DNA of 64,000 nt from Rubripirellula sp. (GCA_965216875.1 OZ244207.1:5440001-5504000), one strand, 5' to 3'; shown: positions 29,897 through 40,674, counted from the first letter of the stretch. The notes: generated by a model not told the origin, from the sequence alone. Numbers and translations are program-made.

Positions 29897-31200
29897 GCCT
29901 CGACTTCCTTTGACGAGGAAACATCGGCATAGACGATCGCGGACAACCAAACCAAACAAAGGACTTGCCCGGCAAGGGCGGACATCGCAATGGCGACCGC
30001 TCCATAACGATCAAACAACAGCCAGGTCACCACCACCATGACGATCGCCGAAACGATCCTTGCTCGCATCGGCGCCAGTGGGCGACCGCGGCCTTTCAAG
30101 TAGCTGTCGAGTCCTTGAAGAATGCCTTTGATCGCTGAAACGGGGGCAAGCCAAAGAGCAAACACGACCGCCGGCGCGAACGCTTCGGTGTACAAGAAAA
30201 CGACCACCGGACCGATCACCACCATGAACGCGATCGTCATCAATGACTGAACGCCAATCGACGATGCGAGAATGCGGTGCACATCTTTCGTGGTCAAACG
30301 CGACTCGCGACTTGCGCCGGCGTTGAACAAAAACAGGCCAAGCGTGTTTGGGATCACGGTTAGCGGATAAACGACGGGTACCATCGACGCGTAGTAGCCC
30401 TGTTCGATCAGCGGCACCAACCACAACACCAACAGCAGGTCGAACCGTTCGAAGAGGTCGGTCACAAACATCGAAAAGGCATAAGGCCGACTCTCATGCA
30501 CCAACGATTTGACCGGCGAATACGTTCCGCCGCGCAGAGGTTGCTTGAGGCCGACCACACAAGCGGCCATTGAAATGATTGAAGCGACAACGAAGAGTGC
30601 ACAGGCAAGCAGCAAGTCGACTTGAGTCAACAGCGCGGCGATCAATAGCAAGGCGGGGAAAGCAGCGGCCGCGATCACTCGGCGCGCATTGTAGGCTCCA
30701 AAATTTCCACTTCCTCGATCGACCGCCGTCATGATCAACATGACATGCTGACCGACAATGCTGAGCGAACAGAGCAGCGCCATTGGCATCAAGAATCTTT
30801 TCTCGCCTGGCAAGGCGGCAAACGAAAGCGCCATGCAAATCAAGGTGGTCACGGCTCCCGTTGCAAGACCCAACCATAGGGCCGCGCGCCGCAACCGGGT
30901 TTTGTCGACTTGATCGTCAGCGGCATAACGACAGATCACTTCGAGACCGCCGAACAATCCGATGTACAGCAACATCTGGACGTACAGCACGGCCGTCGCG
31001 TATTGACCGCGACCTTCTGGACCCAGCAACCGTGCGAGCAGGATGCCCTGTGCCATTTGCAGGGCGACGATCGCAAACGAGACGCCCACGGTGTAAAGAA
31101 ACTGCCACTTCGCTCGGGGCGCGCGCGTCTCGCTGCCAACATCCTCAGGAGGAGAATAGGCCTGCTTGGTCGAGTCGGCAGTGATCGATTCAGAAGACAT
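29893..31200 (-). CDS. polysaccharide flippase (Wzx/MATE-like)
   Basis: LLARLLGPEGRG.Y motif and many hydrophobic helices. Confidence 0.85.
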   Translation of the reverse strand: MSSESITADSTKQAYSPPEDVGSETRAPRAKWQFLYTVGVSFAIVALQMAQGILLARLLGPEGRGQYATAVLYVQMLLYIGLFGGLEVICRYAADDQVDKTRLRRAALWLGLATGAVTTLICMALSFAALPGEKRFLMPMALLCSLSIVGQHVMLIMTAVDRGSGNFGAYNARRVIAAAAFPALLLIAALLTQVDLLLACALFVVASIISMAACVVGLKQPLRGGTYSPVKSLVHESRPYAFSMFVTDLFERFDLLLVLWLVPLIEQGYYASMVPVVYPLTVIPNTLGLFLFNAGASRESRLTTKDVHRILASSIGVQSLMTIAFMVVIGPVVVFLYTEAFAPAVVFALWLAPVSAIKGILQGLDSYLKGRGRPLAPMRARIVSAIVMVVVTWLLFDRYGAVAIAMSALAGQVLCLVWLSAIVYADVSSSKEVEA

Positions 31201-31277
31201 CGCAGGCTGAGTATAGTTGCCCCCCAAAACTCCCCATTCGACCTGTCGCGAATGTACCGGTCGTAACGGCAGAATGT

Positions 31278-32087
31278 TCAGGACTCGCGTGAAGCGTTCT
31301 CTGCCGGACCCACTTTGTCGTTGCCGTCGTAATCGACCCAAAGCAGGAACAATCCCATCGGGGGCGCCGTTTGACCAGCAACGTTGCGATCACGAGCCTC
31401 GAGCACTTCGTCGATCCACTCGTCCGGTCGCTTACCGCGACCCACTTCGATCAACGTGCCCACGATGTTGCGGACCATGTTGTACAAGAATCCGTCCGCT
31501 TCGATCTCGATGGCAACAAATCGACCACCGTCCTTGATCGGCCTTTGCTCGATCACATCACAAGCAAAGATCGTTCGGGTCGTGGTGATCTTGGGGTCGG
31601 CACCCGATGCCTGAAAGCTTCGGAAATCATGTCGCCCAAGAATCCGATTGGCCGCCGCCTGCATCACCTCGAGGTCATAGCGCCCGTGAACGTGCCAGCG
31701 GTACCGAAACTCGAATGCGTCACGCAGACCGCTGAGCTGTAGTTGATACCGATAACGTTTTCGTACGGCGTCGCGGATTGCATGAAAGTCGTCCGGAGCA
31801 TCAACGGCATCGCGGACGGTGATCGTATCGGGAAGATGAGCATTGAGAGCTCGAACCAAATTGGCCGCCGGTGCACGCCAATTCTCGACGCGGCAACTGG
31901 CCACTTGCCCCAACGCGTGGACGCCCGAGTCGGTACGCCCACTGCCGATCACTTGAACCTCTTCGCCAGTGACCTTCAAAAACGCACGTTGCAGTTTTTG
32001 TTGAATCGTCGGCTGGTTAGGTTGCACCTGCCACCCAGCGAAGTCGGTGCCGTCATACGCAATCGTCAACTTGAAGCTGCGTGACAA
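31278..32087 (-). CDS. truA: tRNA pseudouridine(38-40) synthase
   Basis: YDGTDFAGWQ.Q, GRTDSGVHA, HDFRSF, FLYNMVR. Confidence 0.98.
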   Translation of the reverse strand: MSRSFKLTIAYDGTDFAGWQVQPNQPTIQQKLQRAFLKVTGEEVQVIGSGRTDSGVHALGQVASCRVENWRAPAANLVRALNAHLPDTITVRDAVDAPDDFHAIRDAVRKRYRYQLQLSGLRDAFEFRYRWHVHGRYDLEVMQAAANRILGRHDFRSFQASGADPKITTTRTIFACDVIEQRPIKDGGRFVAIEIEADGFLYNMVRNIVGTLIEVGRGKRPDEWIDEVLEARDRNVAGQTAPPMGLFLLWVDYDGNDKVGPAENASRES

Positions 32088-32107
32088 AACTTGACCTCAA
32101 ACCGGTC

Positions 32108-33124
32108 TTAACCAACCGCTGCCGATCGCTCGACCAACAACTCGGCGATCTGGACGGCGTTGGTCGCAGCACCCTTGCGAAGGTTGTCGCTCACGCACCA
32201 AAACGTCAGGCCGTTTTCGCTGCTGATGTCTTTACGGATTCGACCGATGAAGACATCATCCTTGCCATCGCAATCGCGCGGCATGGGGTACTTGCGATTG
32301 GCGAGGTCATCGACGACCGTCACGCCGTCTGCGCCGCTAAGCAGCTCGGTCGCTTCTTCGAGCGAAAGTGGCCGCTCGGTTTCAACGAGAATCGATTCGC
32401 TGTGTCCGATGGTAACCGGCACACGCACGCAAGTTGGACAAACTTGAATCTCTTCGTCACCCATGATCTTGCGAGTCTCGTACACCATCTTCATTTCTTC
32501 GCTGGTGTAGCCTTCGTACTTTTCCGATCCAATCTGAGGAATCAGGTTGAAACCGATTGGATACTGGAACGTCTCGGGCGGATGAACATCGCCGGCAAGC
32601 GCCTTTTGCACACTCTGCTCGAGCTCGGCGTTGCCTGCGATCCCAGCGCCGCTGGTCGCTTGATACGTGCTGACCACAACGCGACGAACACGTGCGGCTT
32701 TATGAAGCGGTGCGAGCGCGACGACCATTTGAGTGGTGCTGCAGTTCGGGCTGGCAATGATCCCTTTGTGATCATCGACCGCTTCCGGATTCACCTCGGG
32801 AATGACCAACGGGACGTTGGGGTCCATTCGCCAAAAGCCACTTTCGTCGACAACGACAGCACCTTCTTCGACGGCCCATTTACAGAAGTCAGCCGAAACT
32901 TCGTCGGGCGTGCTTGCGATCACCAGATCGACATCTTTGAACGCCCCCGGCTCGAGCAACTCGATCTTCAACGTTTCGTCACCGACTGTGACTTCGCGTC
33001 CGACAGAGCGTTCGGAGGCGAGAAGTTTCAAACGCTTGTAAGGAAACTTCCTTGCGACAAGCTGTTCCAAGACGATGCGGCCAACAGCGCCAGTGGCGCC
33101 GACGAGGGCAATTGATTCGTACAC
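32108..33124 (-). CDS. asd: aspartate-semialdehyde dehydrogenase
   Basis: VGATGAVG, PNCST, STYQA.SGAG, CVRVPV..GHSE, DNLRKGAA.N. Confidence 0.98.
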   Translation of the reverse strand: MYESIALVGATGAVGRIVLEQLVARKFPYKRLKLLASERSVGREVTVGDETLKIELLEPGAFKDVDLVIASTPDEVSADFCKWAVEEGAVVVDESGFWRMDPNVPLVIPEVNPEAVDDHKGIIASPNCSTTQMVVALAPLHKAARVRRVVVSTYQATSGAGIAGNAELEQSVQKALAGDVHPPETFQYPIGFNLIPQIGSEKYEGYTSEEMKMVYETRKIMGDEEIQVCPTCVRVPVTIGHSESILVETERPLSLEEATELLSGADGVTVVDDLANRKYPMPRDCDGKDDVFIGRIRKDISSENGLTFWCVSDNLRKGAATNAVQIAELLVERSAAVG

Positions 33125-33292
33125 GGGTTTACGAGTTTTGAAGGGTTAGGGGTTGAGTATGAAAGTGAACAGGCGGTCAAACAAAGGCCACCAGGGTTTG
33201 CCAGGTAGGCGACAGCAATCGCGAGACCATGTTCGAGCCGTCTAGACACACCTGCCACGCGGCAGGTGATCAAGTATCCGATACAGATTCAA

Positions 33293-34483
33293 TTATTTCT
33301 GCAGCTCTTCGATCGCTTCGGTCAACGAGTCGGTCACCAATCCGTAGCCACCGCGACCTTCGACCACGCGCGATTCGACATCGATCAAAACGTCCTCGGA
33401 CGATGCTTCCCAGAACTTGGTGATCTCTTCTTTGGGAAGCGGCTTGTAGGAACGGAACAAACGAAACCCGACTCCGCGAGCGGGATCGCTGGTGAACCAC
33501 CATGGGCTTTTTGGAAAGTTAGGGTCTTCCGATTTCCACTCTTCATCTTCCGAGGCCAAACGTACAGCACTTCGAAGATCGGGTGGATCCATTTCCCAGC
33601 TGCCACCACGCACGACGCAGGGGTAGGCCGTTTCAGGCCACTGCACAGCGGCAGTTGCATTGCTATCGGCTTTGAGCCAATCGTAACCTTCTTCGCTGTA
33701 TTGTCCGACTGCCCATTCGGCGACATTGCCGTGCATGTCGTGCAATCCGTAGGGGTTTGGTTTCTTCGTTGCGACGGTTTCCGGACCGGAGTCAGCGTTA
33801 TCAAAGAACCAAGCGTAGTCCTCGATCGCGTCAGCATCGTCGCCCCAGCTGAAGGCGGTTGTGGTTCCACCGCGAGCTGCGTATTCCCATTCCGCTTCGG
33901 TTGGCAAACGGTATTGCTGGCCAGTGACATGGCTCAACCATTTGGTGTATTGCTGGGCCGCGTATTGGGTCATCGTGACAGCTGGCTGAAGCGGTTCTTC
34001 GCCGTACTCGTAGGTAAAGCTCGAATCGTACAACTCGGTTGGCGCGGTGATCGCGTCGACGCGGTTGTCGTCATCAACGGTGCGCAAACCTTTGGCTTCG
34101 AACTCTTTGAAGATCGCGTAGAGGCTCATGAAGTGTTTGTATTGCGACCAAGTCACTTCCGTTTTGGCGACCCACATCGGGTCGACAGTCAACTTGACTT
34201 GTGGACCTTCGTCGTCGTTTCGATCGTCTTCGCCATCAGGACTTCCGAACAAGAAGGTTCCGCCAGGAACAGGAACCATCTCGAACTCGATGTCGGTTCC
34301 GGGAATCTTGGAGGTGTACGGAACCATGTAGCCATCAGCTACTTTGACCGACGGACCTTCAGCCGGTTTATCTTTCGAGATGCCGACCGTTTCATCTGCG
34401 CAAACGTTCGAAACCAAAACGGCCAAACAGAGGACCGACAGCGTCACATATTTCACGAGTATCTTTACCTGATTTTGAATCAC
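33293..34483 (-). CDS. formylglycine-generating-enzyme (SUMF1) domain protein, secreted
   Basis: YRLPTEAEWEYAAR, NPYGLHDMHGNVAEW, RGGSW, GFR; signal peptide. True start probably slightly downstream. Confidence 0.9.
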   Translation of the reverse strand: MIQNQVKILVKYVTLSVLCLAVLVSNVCADETVGISKDKPAEGPSVKVADGYMVPYTSKIPGTDIEFEMVPVPGGTFLFGSPDGEDDRNDDEGPQVKLTVDPMWVAKTEVTWSQYKHFMSLYAIFKEFEAKGLRTVDDDNRVDAITAPTELYDSSFTYEYGEEPLQPAVTMTQYAAQQYTKWLSHVTGQQYRLPTEAEWEYAARGGTTTAFSWGDDADAIEDYAWFFDNADSGPETVATKKPNPYGLHDMHGNVAEWAVGQYSEEGYDWLKADSNATAAVQWPETAYPCVVRGGSWEMDPPDLRSAVRLASEDEEWKSEDPNFPKSPWWFTSDPARGVGFRLFRSYKPLPKEEITKFWEASSEDVLIDVESRVVEGRGGYGLVTDSLTEAIEELQK

Positions 34484-34612
34484 GAGGCGTGCATGAGGTG
34501 GGACCGGCGGACCGCTGAAAGGGCCTCGACCGGGCCTCTCATACTAAATCATCGCCGCCGAAAACCTAGGGCTGTTGCGGCTTTTCGCGACCCGTGAGAC
34601 GGCGAAAAACGC

Positions 34613-35998
34613 CTACCCGCACGCATTTCCGCACTGCTCGGCGAAACCGTCGCGATGCTTCAAGCCGACGACTATCGCGGGATAAAGCAACACTACAAGC
34701 CACAAAAGGGTGGCAGGAGTCGCAAAGGTGTCCAAACACGTGTCCTCGAACACGCCCGAAACCAGCACGTACATCGAGACCCCGCGAATCAGCGGCTCAG
34801 ACGATGTCAGCCCATATGCCAGGCTCCACAGCAGCAGCGCCGCGACCAAAATGCCCGCCAAAATGCCTCCCGAGAGCAAGACGTGCAGCATCAAGTTGTG
34901 GGGATGATGCGAATGCTGGGCAAGCAAATAGGGAGCGCTGTTGAGCCCGTAGCCGGTCACCGGACGCTCGGAAATCAACCGCACCGTCTCGGCCCAAATC
35001 TCCGTTCGACCCGTCGCCGAAGTCAACTCTTCGACCTGCCCCGTTTTCGTTCCGGCCGAGAGCAGGAACTTGCCAATCACCTGCCCACCGGTCACCAACT
35101 CAACGGCGAACAGACCAAAACCAACAACCAACATCATCGACAAAGCGATCGCCAAGCCACCGCGACTGGATAACCGGTCAGCCACCAAGAACAAGGCTGC
35201 AACGGCGCCCGCCAGCAATGCAGTTCGACTAAACGCAGCCACCACGGTGACGGCCGATAGCACAATCACCAACATCAGCATCGTGCGTCGAAACGGAAGG
35301 GTTGGCGCGAGCTCGCGGCTGCGTAGCATCGACAAACCGAGCAAACCAGCAAGCGCCGCGATTCTTCCGACGGCGTTCGGATGGCCGAGTCCGCCCATGC
35401 GCCCCACTTGAACGGTCTCGGTCAATTCTTCTTGAAAGATCCCGATTGACGGCACGATCCAGTAGAGCCCCCAATTGACGACCATGTTGACCGTCATTCC
35501 GATCAAGAGCGCCGTCACCAATCCGCGCAGTCCAATCACCAACAACGCGGTCGGCACAAAAAGCAGATAGGCAAGGTAAATCAACGAAGCCGCTCGTGAG
35601 ACATTGGCGACTTGGTCGATGGCAAAAACCGAGGTGAGCAGAAAGACGCCGGCCAGCGCCGTGGTCACGATGCCCGGAACGCCCACCAAACTGCGGCGAA
35701 CGATCAAGCTGTTGATCCATCCCCAGACCCCGATCATGGCTGCGCAAGCAGCAATCCCCAACTTGATCGCAACCTGCCAATCGAGTCCGACGCGATCACC
35801 AAGATTGTCGACGAAATTGATGTCGACCATGTTCCCAAAACCGGCAGCGCATGCGACCACGCTGCACGCGATCGGCAGGAGTGCTTGCGAGCGAACCTGG
35901 GTTCGGGGCGCCGAGACAAATGGGGCAGCGGAAACGGAAGACAAACCGAATTCCAAACGAGAGATACGAAGGGTTCGAATCACGGGGACCGCGAACAT
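34613..35998 (-). CDS. O-antigen ligase family membrane protein
   Basis: HPN, SRT, TGR.EIW, P.TGYG, HPHN motifs in a polytopic protein. Start uncertain; the longer ORF runs into a REP. Confidence 0.85.
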   Translation of the reverse strand: MFAVPVIRTLRISRLEFGLSSVSAAPFVSAPRTQVRSQALLPIACSVVACAAGFGNMVDINFVDNLGDRVGLDWQVAIKLGIAACAAMIGVWGWINSLIVRRSLVGVPGIVTTALAGVFLLTSVFAIDQVANVSRAASLIYLAYLLFVPTALLVIGLRGLVTALLIGMTVNMVVNWGLYWIVPSIGIFQEELTETVQVGRMGGLGHPNAVGRIAALAGLLGLSMLRSRELAPTLPFRRTMLMLVIVLSAVTVVAAFSRTALLAGAVAALFLVADRLSSRGGLAIALSMMLVVGFGLFAVELVTGGQVIGKFLLSAGTKTGQVEELTSATGRTEIWAETVRLISERPVTGYGLNSAPYLLAQHSHHPHNLMLHVLLSGGILAGILVAALLLWSLAYGLTSSEPLIRGVSMYVLVSGVFEDTCLDTFATPATLLWLVVLLYPAIVVGLKHRDGFAEQCGNACG

Positions 35999-36043
35999 TC
36001 TAGTTGCGGGCTGCAGAGTTGCAGCAGAATTCGCACGCGCGGC

Positions 36044-36540
36044 GATGTAGGCCGGATCAAGGAGCGTCAGCGACACAGATCCGGCATCAGCCGCAGAGCG
36101 ATAGCTCGCGGTTCTCCAGCGCTACTTCAGGCCCATCCGCCTAAAGGCGGTACTACGAACAGTGATGTAGGCCGGATCAAGGAGCGTCAGCGACACAGAT
36201 CCGGCACAGCAACAGGAATCATTATCAGCCGCAGAGCGATAGCTCGCGGTTTTCAGCGCTACTTCAGGCCCATCCGCCTAAAGGCGGTACTACGAACAGT
36301 GATGTAGGCCGGATCAAGGAGCGACAGCGACGCCGATCCGGCACAGCAACAGGAATCATTATCAGCCGCTGAGCGATAGCTCGCGGTTTTCAGCGCTTCT
36401 TCAAGGCCCATCCGCCTAAAGGCGGTACTACGAACAGGAGAGCGATCGTTCGCGGTTTTCCCAATGACTCCACAACTCGCAAGAGAACCGCTGGCTATCG
36501 CCAGGCGGCTGATTTTGGCCCATCCGCCTAAAGGCGGACG
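36044..36540. repeat. tandem BIME-like array of composite REP units
   Basis: Units start at 36044, 36164 and 36301. Each is GTAGGCCGGATC..GATCCGGCA + TCAGCCGC.GAGCGATAGCTCGCGG + CCGCCTAAAGGCGGTACTAC; degenerate tail follows. Confidence 0.92.
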
Positions 36541-36552
36541 AACCCGAGAGCG

Positions 36553-37935
36553 TTATCGGTTCAGCGAATCGGGGCGGCGGCCGAGTTCGACCGTCAGATC
36601 AAGAGGCTGGCCATCGCGAATCACAGCAATCTCGACGGCAGTTCCCGACAGGCATCCGCCGATGATTCTCATCAAGTGCCCGGTGTCTCGAACCGCCTGA
36701 CCATTGATGCTGACAACCATATCGCCTTCATGCATGCCGCCGATCGCCGCAGGTGAAAGGCGGTGCGTCACCGAACTGATGATTGCACCTCGAACACGCG
36801 GGTCATCGCTGACGAGGCGTTCGTCGGGGACTTCCAAAAGTTTGACGCCCAACCAACCACGTTCGACATGGCCGAATTCACGCAAGCGATGGTAGACCTC
36901 TTTGGCAACATTGCTTGGGATCGAGAAGCTAACGCCTTGATAGGTGTCGCCTACGATCGCTGTGTTGATCCCAACAAGGCGTCCACGAGCATCGACAAGT
37001 GGTCCGCCGCTGTTTCCGGGATTCACCGCGACGTCACTTTGCATGAAGTCTTGATACTGAGTGCTCGCACGCACCATGCGGTGCTTGCCACTCAAGATTC
37101 CAAAGGTCACCGTTCGATCGAGTCCAAAGGGGCTGCCGACGGCCCATACTGGCGATCCAACACGACATCGATCGCTATCACCCCAAGTGATGGGGATCAG
37201 TTGATTGGAATCAATTTTCAAAACCGCCAAGTCGGTCAGTGAATCGGTTCCCACGACCACCGCGGTTGCTCGGCGACCGTCGCTCAGCGTGACGGTGATG
37301 TCTTCGCCATCGGCAACAACATGTCGATTGGTCAGTAGGTACCCCGACTCGTCGACAACGACACCGCTACCTTGATCCGACAGCGGCATTGATGAGTGAA
37401 TGCGACCGACATCGGATTGCTCGATCGTGGGGCGACGTTGCACTTCGATATGAACGACACTTGGCCCAACCGCGGCAGTGACCATCTGGTATGCGTCACT
37501 CAGTGCGTCGAGTGAAACGTTCCTCAGTCCATCGGTTCCCGCTTCGTATTCGGCTCGCAGTTCACCGCGATACCACGCATAGCGAATCTCTTCGACGATC
37601 CCCGGGATCGCAAATCGAGCGGCCCCCAACATCAATCCCATCGTCAGCAGCAACATCAAGCTTTGCAACAAAGGATCGGGGCGTCGCCGATTGGCGCGTT
37701 TGTTCGAAGGCTGGGCGGGCTTGGTGTCTTTCGCTGGTGGTCGCTGACCAGCTGGATCGATGCGTCGCAGCTCGAGGGGCGGGATCGATGTTCCCGCGCG
37801 ACCGTTTGTTGACACCTGTCTCATGGGGATACCGGAACTCATAGGGTTACCGGCGTGATCCTGGACGTCTTCCGAACACTCTTGTGGCGAGTGAGTCGGA
37901 GGTTGCGAACGTTCAGGATGCAAATCAGGCGTCAT
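36553..37935 (-). CDS. HtrA/DegP-like serine protease with one PDZ domain
   Basis: GSGV, TNRHVV, TDLAVL, NPGNSGGPL, C-terminal PDZ, membrane anchor; start uncertain. Confidence 0.93.
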   Translation of the reverse strand: MTPDLHPERSQPPTHSPQECSEDVQDHAGNPMSSGIPMRQVSTNGRAGTSIPPLELRRIDPAGQRPPAKDTKPAQPSNKRANRRRPDPLLQSLMLLLTMGLMLGAARFAIPGIVEEIRYAWYRGELRAEYEAGTDGLRNVSLDALSDAYQMVTAAVGPSVVHIEVQRRPTIEQSDVGRIHSSMPLSDQGSGVVVDESGYLLTNRHVVADGEDITVTLSDGRRATAVVVGTDSLTDLAVLKIDSNQLIPITWGDSDRCRVGSPVWAVGSPFGLDRTVTFGILSGKHRMVRASTQYQDFMQSDVAVNPGNSGGPLVDARGRLVGINTAIVGDTYQGVSFSIPSNVAKEVYHRLREFGHVERGWLGVKLLEVPDERLVSDDPRVRGAIISSVTHRLSPAAIGGMHEGDMVVSINGQAVRDTGHLMRIIGGCLSGTAVEIAVIRDGQPLDLTVELGRRPDSLNR

Positions 37936-38473
37936 TGACTGTTTTTTGAGTGATCACGGCGACACGCCGCCGTGAAGCTACTGCGAGCATGCAGATGATT
38001 GAAAAGTCATCGTCAATGGAAGCGAATTAGCAGGCTAAGACGCGGGAACTCATTGTAAGGCGCCGTCGAGCAAAATTGACAATGAAAAACGCTCAGAATG
38101 TCGCTTGCGAATCGAGTGACGCCCGCAAAGTCCCCCTTTCCAGAGGCATTTTGAGCCCGATGGTGGCCCGTTTCGGCGATTCACAGCAACCGTGCACTGC
38201 CAGAAACGACAGTTGGTTCTTCACCGGCACGTTTCGCCGCGCCGGAACGGACACACGACCGGACCCCATCTATCGGGGGCGTGGCAAATCGCAAAACCGT
38301 ATAATTTCAGGCGGTCAACTTGCCGACGCGTCGTGCCAACATCCAAGCACGATCCGATCACGAACGAGACCTGCATTCTCGGTTTGCCGCCATGTCAAAA
38401 CAGGTTTGGCAAAGTATCTTGTCCCGTTCCCAACCCGATTCACTCATAAACGCTGCGCGAAAAATACTCTCCC

Positions 38474-40567
38474 ATGGCCCATCCCGCACGTGACTCGATC
38501 TACGAAGCGCTCGCCTCGATCCGATTGATCGATCCGCATACCCACATCAACCCGCACTCGCCAGCTTCGTCGACCCTCGCCGACTTGCTTGGGTACCACT
38601 ACTACACCGAGCTGGCACACTCGGCCGGAATGCCCAAAGAGCAGATTGAAGAAGAAGGCATTGGGCCGCGCGAATTGGTGCGACGTCTGATTGAGAACCT
38701 GGGGCCCATCGAAAACACCGCCCAGTACAGTTGGCTGATCGAAATCTGCCGAACCTTCTTTGGATTCGAAGGCGATCGACTTGACTCGTCGAATTGGGAA
38801 ACCGTCTACGACGCCGCCGAGTCACAGATGGCTCTGGCCGAGTGGCCGCAAATGGTGCTCGACCAAAGCAACGTCGAAGCCGTTTTCCTGACCAATGACT
38901 TTGACGACGAGCTGGCCGGCTTCGACACCGACACCTACATCCCGTGTTTGCGCACCGATGACTTGGTGTTTCATCTGGCAAAGTATCAAACTCGCCAGCG
39001 CCTTGAAGCATGTACCGGCATCACGCTCGACGGAACGCTCAACAGCTTGCGTGATTCGCTCAATCAGCGATTCGAGCACTTTGTTGCGGCCGGTGCACGG
39101 GCGTGTGCAATCTCGCTGCCGCCAACGTTCTCGCCCCTTCCCGTAAGCGACGGGCGAGCAAGCACCGCGCTTGATGAGATCCTCCGCAAAGGGGCGGTTG
39201 CCGATGACGCACATCAGCAAGCTCTCTCTCGTCGTGTCTTTTGGACGCTCGCCGAACTTTGCGACCAATATGGTCTGCCGTTCGACTTGATGATCGGCGT
39301 CAACCGAGGTGTTTACGGGGCTGGCGTCTTTCAAGGACAAGACTTGTATGACAGCCGGGTCTCGCTGATTCAATACAAAGAACTTTTTAACGCGTTTCCG
39401 AAGGTCAAGTTCCCGATCTCGGTCTTGGCGAGTGTGACAAACCAAGAACTGGTTTCGTATTCATGGATCTTCCCCAACGTGTTGACCAATGGACATTGGT
39501 GGTACAGCAACACACCTTCGTTCATTGCTCGCGATGCCGCGTCGAGATTGGAAGCGGTTCCGCAAACCAAACAGATCGCTTACTACAGCGATGCCTACAA
39601 ACTTGAATTCGTACTGCCCAAGTTTGACATGTATCGGCAAATCCTGGCGGGCGTCTTGGCCGAGCAATTCGTCGGCGATCGCGGTTGGAGCGAACAACGA
39701 GCTATCGAATTGGGTCGCCAAGTTCTACGTGACAACGTCGACACCGTCTTTCCCAAACCAACGCCACCCGAAGGCGGCGACACTTGGATGGAAGAGACCA
39801 TTCGGGACGAAGACCCGCAAGCGACCTGGACAAGCGGCCAAGCACCCGGCACCTCAGCAGCACTCGCCGCTGGCGCCATCGGCATGGTCGAAGTCGAACC
39901 AGGCGAAGCCGGCGACGAGGGACTCTCCGGCAGCAACGAAGGCTTCTCGACGGTGATCGAAACGCCCGCAGATCAGTTGGCTGAACATGATGAAATGGAA
40001 ACCATCATCGAAGACTCACCGGGCGCCCTCTCGCTCGATGAGTCGGACGAACTTCCACCACTTTCGGATCGACCAACCGTGGTCGAGGACCTCAGTGGCG
40101 AAGAACTGCCGCTCGACCCAGTCCCAACCGCCGACGAAATTCAATCTGTTGGCGTCGCCGATGTCGAACTGCAAGATTTCGCATCGGGTGGATCGATGCC
40201 GACGGCGGAAACCATTGAAATGGAAGCGGATGTCGAACCGCTCGACGTAGGTGATCTCACCGGTGATCTTACCGGCGACGACACTGCGGATACCAACAGC
40301 GATGTGCGTCAACTGCGAGGCGACACCTCGTTCGCACCCGATGAAGAATCGCTTCAGCTGCAAGCGAATCCGACCACCGGCGAACTCACCTTTCCAGTCG
40401 AGCAAGAGGGTGACCAAGCATCACTTGATGATCAACTGATGCTTGATCCGGAAAAGACAGTCGACGACACAGCGTCACTGCAAGAGACCGTTCCCATCGA
40501 AGACGCTTCCGACATCGGTGCCGATGATCTTGAGATTGTCGAAGACGACACCGATCAGGAAAAGTAG
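38474..40567 (+). CDS. uronate isomerase-like amidohydrolase-fold protein with long acidic C-terminal tail
   Basis: IDPHTH, YHYY..EL..AG, GHWWY, YYSDAYKLEF..PK. The last ~265 aa are D/E-rich low complexity. Confidence 0.75.
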   Translation: MAHPARDSIYEALASIRLIDPHTHINPHSPASSTLADLLGYHYYTELAHSAGMPKEQIEEEGIGPRELVRRLIENLGPIENTAQYSWLIEICRTFFGFEGDRLDSSNWETVYDAAESQMALAEWPQMVLDQSNVEAVFLTNDFDDELAGFDTDTYIPCLRTDDLVFHLAKYQTRQRLEACTGITLDGTLNSLRDSLNQRFEHFVAAGARACAISLPPTFSPLPVSDGRASTALDEILRKGAVADDAHQQALSRRVFWTLAELCDQYGLPFDLMIGVNRGVYGAGVFQGQDLYDSRVSLIQYKELFNAFPKVKFPISVLASVTNQELVSYSWIFPNVLTNGHWWYSNTPSFIARDAASRLEAVPQTKQIAYYSDAYKLEFVLPKFDMYRQILAGVLAEQFVGDRGWSEQRAIELGRQVLRDNVDTVFPKPTPPEGGDTWMEETIRDEDPQATWTSGQAPGTSAALAAGAIGMVEVEPGEAGDEGLSGSNEGFSTVIETPADQLAEHDEMETIIEDSPGALSLDESDELPPLSDRPTVVEDLSGEELPLDPVPTADEIQSVGVADVELQDFASGGSMPTAETIEMEADVEPLDVGDLTGDLTGDDTADTNSDVRQLRGDTSFAPDEESLQLQANPTTGELTFPVEQEGDQASLDDQLMLDPEKTVDDTASLQETVPIEDASDIGADDLEIVEDDTDQEK

Positions 40568-40674
40568 GCCGGTATCACGGAGCGACAGCGACACGGATCC
40601 GGCATGATGCGTAACCCATGTCTCAGCAACTTCGATTTAGCGATCAAGGCCCGACGCTAGCGCGTTCGGCTCAC
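40564..40674. repeat. two REP units
   Basis: GTAGGCCGG..GATCCGGCA at 40564-40603; AAGGCCCGACGCTAGCGCGTTCGGCTCAC at 40646-40674. Confidence 0.85.

Noticed and set aside
33293..34483. True sulfatase-activating FGE
   Set aside because: The catalytic Cys pair after RGGS is absent (RGGSWEMDPPDLRSA), so only the fold is called.
33266..34597. 443-aa plus-strand ORF, and similar long antisense ORFs (55890-57074, 32081-33115, 60629-61648, 26224-27231)
   Set aside because: Shadow frames opposite well-supported genes, with no motifs; expected in GC-rich coding DNA.
35612..36307. 231-aa ORF with an internal peptide repeat
   Set aside because: The repeat is the translated REP array and the rest is antisense to the O-antigen ligase gene.
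36044..36437. Possible CRISPR array
   Set aside because: The sequence between repeats is itself repeated rather than unique, the units are dispersed REP families, and no cas genes are present.
37940..38470. Sigma-70/sigma-54 promoter-like hexamers in the long intergenic region
   Set aside because: Spacing of the TTGACA/TATAAT-like and TGGCA..TTG elements does not fit the consensus.
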